DNA from: Patescibacteria group bacterium
Lineage (GTDB): Bacteria; Patescibacteriota; Minisyncoccia; UBA6257; 2-01-FULL-56-20
Assembly (NCBI GenBank): GCA_018971305.1
Contig: JAGXBC010000003.1
Coordinates: forward strand, 28,325-92,324
Length of the DNA stretch: 64,000 nt
Direction: 5' to 3'
Shown: one piece after another, positions 57,878-64,000 of the stretch
Position numbering within the stretch: position 1 is the stretch's first letter
Layout: each line of letters opens with the position of its first letter
Translations under genes and position numbers: made by a program
The notes under the pieces: model-generated
Databases searched by the model: none
Told to the model about the DNA's origin: nothing
The model's input: only the letters and a program-made list of their open reading frames with translations

Positions 57878-58582
57878 ATGTTAAACGAGAGGACATCGGA
57901 AATCTTGGAAGCCCTGGTACAGGATTTTATTAATACCGGCGAGCCGATAAGTTCCGGCTGGCTTTACGACCACTACGATTTCGGCATCAAGCCGGCAATG
58001 ATACGCCTGGAGCTGGAGCAGTTGTTCAACGATGGTTTTTTGGAACAGCCGCACCATGCTGCCGGGAGAATTCCGAGCAATAAGGGTTATGATTTTTTTG
58101 CCAAAAAAGTTCTTGCCGAAGAAGATGGCAGTACGGGTGCCTTTGAACAGTCATTAAGAAATTTTTTGGGTAATGGCAACTGGCCGGATTTGGTGGGGGA
58201 AATGTCCGCCGGACTTAAGCTTTTGAGCGTGGCAAATTCCGCTGCCGAACACGGATCTTTTAAAGAAGGATTGGATAATTTAATAGAGAACTTGGAGTGG
58301 GAATCGCCAGAAGAACTTAAGTCGGTGGTGAAAGATTTTGTGGAGATAGATGAACGTCTCAATCATTTGGGTAAAGAAATTTTTAATTTAAATTCCCCAT
58401 CAGTTTTTATAGGAAAGAAAAGTCCCGTTACGAAAAGCGAATGTCTTTCTGTCGTAATGGGAAGCTATGATTCCGGCAAAGGGAAGGTCGCCCTGTTTGC
58501 CATAGGTCCGAAGAGGATGAACTATAAGAAAACTTTAAAAACTTTCAAAAATTTGAAAAATGGAAGAAATAATAAAAAATAA
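57878..58582 (+). CDS. hrcA: Heat-inducible transcription repressor HrcA (short form)
   Basis: ER...IL.ALV.DFI.TGEPISS, PAMIR.EL, QPH.AAGRIPS.KGY, IGPKRMNY. Confidence 0.9.
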   Translation: MLNERTSEILEALVQDFINTGEPISSGWLYDHYDFGIKPAMIRLELEQLFNDGFLEQPHHAAGRIPSNKGYDFFAKKVLAEEDGSTGAFEQSLRNFLGNGNWPDLVGEMSAGLKLLSVANSAAEHGSFKEGLDNLIENLEWESPEELKSVVKDFVEIDERLNHLGKEIFNLNSPSVFIGKKSPVTKSECLSVVMGSYDSGKGKVALFAIGPKRMNYKKTLKTFKNLKNGRNNKK

Positions 58583-59093
58583 TAATAACGGTTCTGTTAA
58601 TGAACCCGCTGGCGATGCCGAGGCCGGTGAATTAAACGAAAAGCTGACCAAGGCCGAAAAAGAAAGAGGGGAATATCTTGCCGGTTGGCAGAGAGCCAAG
58701 GCCGACTTCATAAATTATAAAAAGGAGGAAATAAAGCGGCTGGAAGATGTGGCTCGGTATAGCGGAGAGGCGATGATAAAAGAGCTTATATCGGTGCTGG
58801 ACAGTTTTGACTTGGGGTTGAGGGCCTTGGAGAAGGCCGGTTCCGTAGAGAAAGGAATTTATATGATACGGGCGCAGATAGAAGATATTTTAAAAAAGCA
58901 CGGCGTAGAGAAGATTACCGTTAAGCCGGGAGAAGAATTTGATCCGGCATTCGCCGAAGCGGTAGCGGAAGCTGATCCGCCAGCTGGCGGAGACAAGCGG
59001 CCGGGTATCATTCTTGAGGAAATAGAATCGGGTTATAAGTTGTATGATAAAATAATAAGACCAGTGAGGGTGAAAATATCAAGTACTAAATAA
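58560..59093 (+). CDS. grpE: Nucleotide exchange factor GrpE
   Basis: WQRAKADFINYKK, FDP...EA, GYKL...IIRP.RV. Confidence 0.93.
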   Translation: MEEIIKNNNNGSVNEPAGDAEAGELNEKLTKAEKERGEYLAGWQRAKADFINYKKEEIKRLEDVARYSGEAMIKELISVLDSFDLGLRALEKAGSVEKGIYMIRAQIEDILKKHGVEKITVKPGEEFDPAFAEAVAEADPPAGGDKRPGIILEEIESGYKLYDKIIRPVRVKISSTK

Positions 59094-59097
59094 AGCC

Positions 59098-59505
59098 ATG
59101 AGTATTATTGATGATATAAAGTCAGCAGCAGAAGTTCTTCGTAAAGCAGACAATATAGAACTCTATCAAAAATTACTAACAGCACAGAAACAAGCGTTAG
59201 AAATTATGGAGGAGAATAGAAATCTAAAAGAAGAGAATCGTAATCTACTAAAGAAAATCAAGATAAAAGGGGATATGTATCTACGTAACGATGCATATTG
59301 GGGTAGTAAAGACGGGAAAGAAGAAGGACCATTCTGTACAAGATGTCTCAACGTGGAATCTATCCCAGTCTTACTTCATCAACAAGGAAACCCAGCATAT
59401 TATCAATGCCCAAACTGTAAATCCTCGATTAAGGCAAGACCAGAATTAGATCAACCAATAGTAGCTAAAAAATTTAATCCATTTAATAACGGATATGATT
59501 TATAA
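59098..59505 (+). CDS. Hypothetical coiled-coil plus zinc-ribbon protein inserted between grpE and dnaK
   Basis: AT-rich; GPFCTRC...CPNC. Confidence 0.7.
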   Translation: MSIIDDIKSAAEVLRKADNIELYQKLLTAQKQALEIMEENRNLKEENRNLLKKIKIKGDMYLRNDAYWGSKDGKEEGPFCTRCLNVESIPVLLHQQGNPAYYQCPNCKSSIKARPELDQPIVAKKFNPFNNGYDL

Positions 59506-59530
59506 AGTAAATAAATAATTATTTAAAACC

Positions 59531-61408
59531 ATGCCAAAAATTTTAGGAATAGACTTAGGAACAACAAATTCGGCAGCCGCAGTTGTTGAGGGTGGCGAGC
59601 CGCGCATTTTAGAGAACACCGAAGGCAACCGCACGACGCCGTCCATTGTTACCGTTAATAAAGGGGGCGAGCGTTTAGTGGGTTTGCTCGCCAAGCGGCA
59701 GGCGGTTACGAATCCAAAGAACACCATCTTTTCCGTAAAGCGCCTGATGGGCCGCAAGTTTTCCGACCCGGAAGTTCAGAGAGATAAGGCTTGGTTGTCG
59801 TACGATATCCAGGCGAGCGCCTCCGGAGGCGTGGAAGTGAAAATGGGGGACAAATGGTATTCTCCCGAAGAAATTTCCGCTTTTATTCTCGGCAAGCTGA
59901 AAGCCGATGCCGAGGCGAAACTGGGTGAGAAAATAGAGGAAGCGGTTATCACGGTTCCTGCTTATTTTGACGACTCGCAAAGACAGTCAACGAAAAATGC
60001 CGGCGAGATAGCCGGGCTTAAGGTTCGCAGAATTTTGAACGAGCCGACGGCAGCGGCTTTGGCCTACGGAATGAATAAGCAGAAGAACGAAAAGATAGTT
60101 GTTTACGACTTCGGCGGCGGAACTTTTGATATTTCCGTTTTGGAGGTTGGCGACGACACGGTTGAGGTTAAATCAACCGGCGGCGACACGCACTTGGGCG
60201 GAGACGATTTTGACAAGAAAATTCAGGAATATCTTGTCGCAGAATATAAGAAACAGGAGGGAATAGATATTTCCAAAGACCCGCTTGCCCTTCAGCGACT
60301 TAAAGAAGCCGCGGAGCGAGCCAAGCACGAGCTTTCTACTACTACCGAGACCGAAGTTAATCTTCCTTATATAACTTCGGATGCTTCCGGCCCGAAACAT
60401 TTTTTGATAAAACTCACGCGAGCGAAGCTGGAGAGCTTGGTCCAAGAATATATTGACCACTCCATAGAGCTGACGCGTGAAACCGTTACCGCCACGGCGC
60501 CGAAAGGAGCAGGATTCAAACTTGCGGAAATCAACGAGGTGATTATGGTCGGCGGACAAACGAGGATGCCGGCAATCGTTGAGGCTGTAAAAAAACTTTT
60601 CGGCAAAGACCCGCACCAGGGAATTAATCCGGACGAAGTAGTTGCGGTTGGCGCGGCAATCCAGGCCGGAATTTTGCAGGGTGACGTTAAAGACATTTTG
60701 CTTTTGGACGTTACGCCGCTTACTTTGAGCATTGAAACTATGGGAGCCGTAGCTACACCGATGATTCAGAAAAATACGACGGTGCCGACGGCGAAGACAC
60801 AAGTATTTTCCACAGCCGCCGACAATCAAACCTCGGTTGAAATCCACGTGATGCAGGGTGAGAGGCCGATGGCCGCGGACAATAAAACTCTCGCCAAGTT
60901 CATGCTAGAAGGCATTCCGCCTTCTCCGCGCGGCGTACCGCAGGTTGAGGTGTCTTTTGATATAGACGCGAACGGGATTCTTAATGTTTCGGCCAAAGAT
61001 AAGGCGAGCGGAAAATCGCAATCGGTAAAGATAGAAGCGTCAACCAATTTATCTAAAGATGAAATCGAAAAATTAAAGAAAGAGGCGGCCGAGCACGCAT
61101 CGGAAGACATGAAAAAGAAAGAGCTTGTTGAGGCGCGCAACCAGGCCGAAGCGACAATATATTTGGCGGAAAAATCCATAAAAGACGCCGGCGATAAAAT
61201 AGGAGAAGACGTTAAGTCGGCTATTAATGCCAAGGTGGAAGATCTAAAGAAGGTTAAAGATGGCAGCGATGCCGATGCTATAAAATCCGCGCTCGCAAAT
61301 CTCTCTGCGGAAATTCAGAAAATAGGCCAAACAATGTATAATAAACAGGAAGAGAAGAAAGAAGGTAATGAAGGCGGTGCCACAGGTGGCGAGCCAAAGC
61401 AGGAATAA
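59531..61408 (+). CDS. dnaK: Chaperone DnaK
   Basis: [37 protein letters not shown]. Confidence 0.98.
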   Translation: MPKILGIDLGTTNSAAAVVEGGEPRILENTEGNRTTPSIVTVNKGGERLVGLLAKRQAVTNPKNTIFSVKRLMGRKFSDPEVQRDKAWLSYDIQASASGGVEVKMGDKWYSPEEISAFILGKLKADAEAKLGEKIEEAVITVPAYFDDSQRQSTKNAGEIAGLKVRRILNEPTAAALAYGMNKQKNEKIVVYDFGGGTFDISVLEVGDDTVEVKSTGGDTHLGGDDFDKKIQEYLVAEYKKQEGIDISKDPLALQRLKEAAERAKHELSTTTETEVNLPYITSDASGPKHFLIKLTRAKLESLVQEYIDHSIELTRETVTATAPKGAGFKLAEINEVIMVGGQTRMPAIVEAVKKLFGKDPHQGINPDEVVAVGAAIQAGILQGDVKDILLLDVTPLTLSIETMGAVATPMIQKNTTVPTAKTQVFSTAADNQTSVEIHVMQGERPMAADNKTLAKFMLEGIPPSPRGVPQVEVSFDIDANGILNVSAKDKASGKSQSVKIEASTNLSKDEIEKLKKEAAEHASEDMKKKELVEARNQAEATIYLAEKSIKDAGDKIGEDVKSAINAKVEDLKKVKDGSDADAIKSALANLSAEIQKIGQTMYNKQEEKKEGNEGGATGGEPKQE

Positions 61409-61431
61409 AAATAAAAGCACAATAAATCTGG

Positions 61432-62436
61432 ATGGACGGCAAGATACCAAGTCAGAACCTAATCAGGCAAGTTAATATCGAATCTCCGGTAAGGCAGCCG
61501 AGTTTTTATAAGCCGCTTGTTTTTGATGTTATAACGGCTTTATCTGCCTTCGGGTTGGGTTACGAATACCTGCAATATCTTTTGGGGCAAACCGATATAA
61601 CTATCCTTGTTCTCACCGCCGGAATTTTCTCCGTTCTCTCTACGCTGCAGATTTTCTTTACAAAAAGCCTGAATAGGATCTTCCTTTTTGCCATTATTGA
61701 TGCGCTCGCTATCACTTCACTTTTCTATTTTTCCGGATATGATTTGAAGATTCTGGCCGCCGCCGCTTTCGCTTTTATAGTTTTTTTCTTTTGGGGAGGA
61801 GTTCTCGGGCGCATGGAATTGGAGAATACATTGGAGATAGGTTTCTTCAAAACATCCGGGCAGATTTTGAAAAAACTAACGACGGCCATCGCCATTGTTC
61901 TCGTTCTCGTATATCTGCCTCGCCTCAGCGATAATAGCGCAGCCTTCTTGTCTAAGACGTCTTTCCAGTCGATTTTCGATAAGACCGCTGTTTTTCTGAA
62001 TAATTTTTATCCGCAAGTTGATTTTACTTCATCGCTGCAGAAAGTATCGGATGGATTTGCTGAGCTTGAGCTGCAAAACAATGCCACTTTTCAGGGTTTA
62101 TCGCAGGCAGATAAAAATACTATTATTACTCAGACCTCCCAGCAGATAATCGATAATCTAAGTAAACAATTGGGAACGGCGATCTCCGCTAGCGATACCG
62201 TAAGCAACGTATTTTATGATTTTATAATAAACCTTATCGGTAAGTGGAAGGATGGCAATCGAACTTGGTTTTTGGTAGGATGGGTACTCGTCGTATTCTT
62301 TATTGTCCGCAGCATAGGCATTATTTTCTACTGGATTATCGGGTTTATTGCCTTTATCTTATATCAAATACTTTTATCCAGCGGATTTATCCATATTCTC
62401 GGAGAAACCAGGACTCATGAGATATTAGAGTTCTGA
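61432..62436 (+). CDS. Hypothetical multi-pass membrane protein
   Basis: About 7 hydrophobic segments; lies between dnaK and dnaJ. Confidence 0.75.
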   Translation: MDGKIPSQNLIRQVNIESPVRQPSFYKPLVFDVITALSAFGLGYEYLQYLLGQTDITILVLTAGIFSVLSTLQIFFTKSLNRIFLFAIIDALAITSLFYFSGYDLKILAAAAFAFIVFFFWGGVLGRMELENTLEIGFFKTSGQILKKLTTAIAIVLVLVYLPRLSDNSAAFLSKTSFQSIFDKTAVFLNNFYPQVDFTSSLQKVSDGFAELELQNNATFQGLSQADKNTIITQTSQQIIDNLSKQLGTAISASDTVSNVFYDFIINLIGKWKDGNRTWFLVGWVLVVFFIVRSIGIIFYWIIGFIAFILYQILLSSGFIHILGETRTHEILEF

Positions 62437-62473
62437 GAGATTAGTTTCGTCGGTGCGTGGATCTTCATAAAAA

Positions 62474-63583
62474 ATGGCAAAAGACTATTATAAAATTTTG
62501 GGTATTTCTAAAGGCGCTTCCGCGGAGGAAGTTAAAAAGGCATATAGGAAATTAGCCCACCAGCACCATCCTGATAAAGCCGGCGGCGATGAAACAAAAT
62601 TCAAGGAAATAAACGAAGCATATCAGGTTTTGTCAGACGCGACTAAACGCGCGCAGTACGATCGTTTCGGTACTGCCGAACCTTTCGGTTCCGCTCAAGG
62701 CGGGCAGCCTTGGGGCGGGTTTTACGGTCAGCAGGATTGGGGCGATTTCGGGTTTTCAAATGGCGGGCAGGGTTTTGGCGATATGGGCGATGTGAACGAC
62801 ATCTTTGAAAGTTTCTTTGAAGGATTGGGAATGAGGCCGCATCGCCGCACTTACGACAAAGGAGCTGATTTGGAGATTACAGAGTTAATCACACTGGAAG
62901 AAGCTTTTCACGGTGTCATTAAAGAGTTGAAGATCAAAACTTTGGTCCGCTGTGAACACTGTAAAGGCCAGGGCGCGGACGCCTCTGCCGGGTTTACTAA
63001 ATGTTCAACCTGTAACGGTCAGGGCGAGATTAAAGAACAAAGGCGGACATTCTTCGGCAGTTTTTCCCAGGTAAAAGTTTGCGACAAATGCCGCGGTTCA
63101 GGGCAGATTCCCAACAAAGTTTGTAATTTCTGCAAGGGGAGCGGCCGCATCACGTCCGAACGGCAAATTAAAGTAGAGATTCTTCCCGGAGTTGAAGACG
63201 GCCAGCTTATTAAAATAAAAGGCGCGGGAGAGGCGGGTGAGAAGGGAACCGGTACCGGGGACCTCTATGTGAAGATAAGAGTAAGGCCGAGCACGGTATT
63301 CGAACGCCATGGGAGTGATCTGCTTGTGAAAAAGGAACTGAAGATTTTTGATCTGCTTCTCGGCAATAAGATTGAGATTCCAACTGTGAGCGGCGGTAAA
63401 ATTCACTTGGAAGTTCCGGCGCATTTCAACCTGAAAGATAATCTGCGTGTTCCCGGGGAAGGAATGCCGCGATTCGGGAGTTATGGTAGGGGAGACCTGC
63501 TCGTGAATTTCATCATCAAGGCGCCAAAAAAACTGGACGGGAGGGCAAAAAAGATTTTGGAGGAATTAGAGGGGAAAGAATAA
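62474..63583 (+). CDS. dnaJ: Chaperone DnaJ
   Basis: J-domain HPD, G/F region, four CxxCxGxG repeats. Confidence 0.97.
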   Translation: MAKDYYKILGISKGASAEEVKKAYRKLAHQHHPDKAGGDETKFKEINEAYQVLSDATKRAQYDRFGTAEPFGSAQGGQPWGGFYGQQDWGDFGFSNGGQGFGDMGDVNDIFESFFEGLGMRPHRRTYDKGADLEITELITLEEAFHGVIKELKIKTLVRCEHCKGQGADASAGFTKCSTCNGQGEIKEQRRTFFGSFSQVKVCDKCRGSGQIPNKVCNFCKGSGRITSERQIKVEILPGVEDGQLIKIKGAGEAGEKGTGTGDLYVKIRVRPSTVFERHGSDLLVKKELKIFDLLLGNKIEIPTVSGGKIHLEVPAHFNLKDNLRVPGEGMPRFGSYGRGDLLVNFIIKAPKKLDGRAKKILEELEGKE

Positions 63584-63648
63584 GATATGAGCCTGTTTTG
63601 TGGATTGTGATAGAATTTAGGAAGTAAAATATTTGCGGAGGTGATAGT

Positions 63649-63987
63649 ATGGCAAAAATCGTGGACTTGTCTCCTAAAGAGAAAAGGGCGGCACGTTCTT
63701 TAGCTTGTGCCGTTGCTGTGGCTATTTGCAAAGATGAAAAAGCTACGGATGCCTTATTTTGTTCCACATTTCTTGCCCGATTATTGGAAAAGAGATTTTC
63801 TAATAGAAGGAATGAATTGCCGCATGGACGAAGTCTTAGGTCTCTAGTCGCTGAAGAACTGTCACAATTTGAAAAAAGGGAGAGGATTAAACTGACAAGG
63901 AACCATAGAAGGATTGTTGTCTCTGGTTTGGTGCGATTCTGTGCCGATCGTTCACTTGTAAAAAATAAGATAAGGGCTGCTAAATAA
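63649..63987 (+). CDS. Hypothetical protein
   Basis: GGAGGTG SD; 112-aa ORF; hairpin AAGGGCTGC...GCAGCCCCTT at its end. Confidence 0.55.
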   Translation: MAKIVDLSPKEKRAARSLACAVAVAICKDEKATDALFCSTFLARLLEKRFSNRRNELPHGRSLRSLVAEELSQFEKRERIKLTRNHRRIVVSGLVRFCADRSLVKNKIRAAK

Positions 63988-64000
63988 GCAGCCCCTTTAG

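Noticed and set aside
60497-60510. GCGCCGAAAGGAGC in dnaK (APKGA) as another palindromic insert
   Set aside because: The stem is imperfect and short, and an insertion cannot be confirmed without an alignment

Overview
Chromosomal fragment of a small-genome bacterium, most likely Patescibacteria/CPR (Parcubacteria-like). Support: no rpmD (L30) between rpsE and rplO, a homodimeric GlyRS, tRNA genes without CCA, and many apparently leaderless core genes. It holds the end of the spc operon (rplR-rpsE-rplO-secY, adk, map), greA-lysS, dnaE, six tRNAs with rpmG, recO, glyQS, murA, mreB, holB, frr, rseP, a ~16 kb cell-surface cluster (Gly-rich, PxKF, dockerin and cohesin proteins), sod, xth, ychF, recR-dnaB-cysS-cax-corA and hrcA-grpE-dnaK-dnaJ under a variant CIRCE. 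The most interesting unexplained structure is: (1) two four-helix-bundle (Avd/IVP-like) genes, each bracketed by its own inverted array of 7-nt repeats, with gene-less copies of the arrays elsewhere and heptamer arrays translated inside proteins; (2) a ~280-nt highly structured candidate ncRNA at 28.3-28.5 kb; (3) an NYN RNase with a convergent promoter and hairpin that would make a ~60-nt antisense RNA; (4) small tRNA-3'-associated repeat elements and CCGCC palindromes linked to a stand-alone GIY-YIG nuclease. All calls come from reading the sequence; no searches were run.
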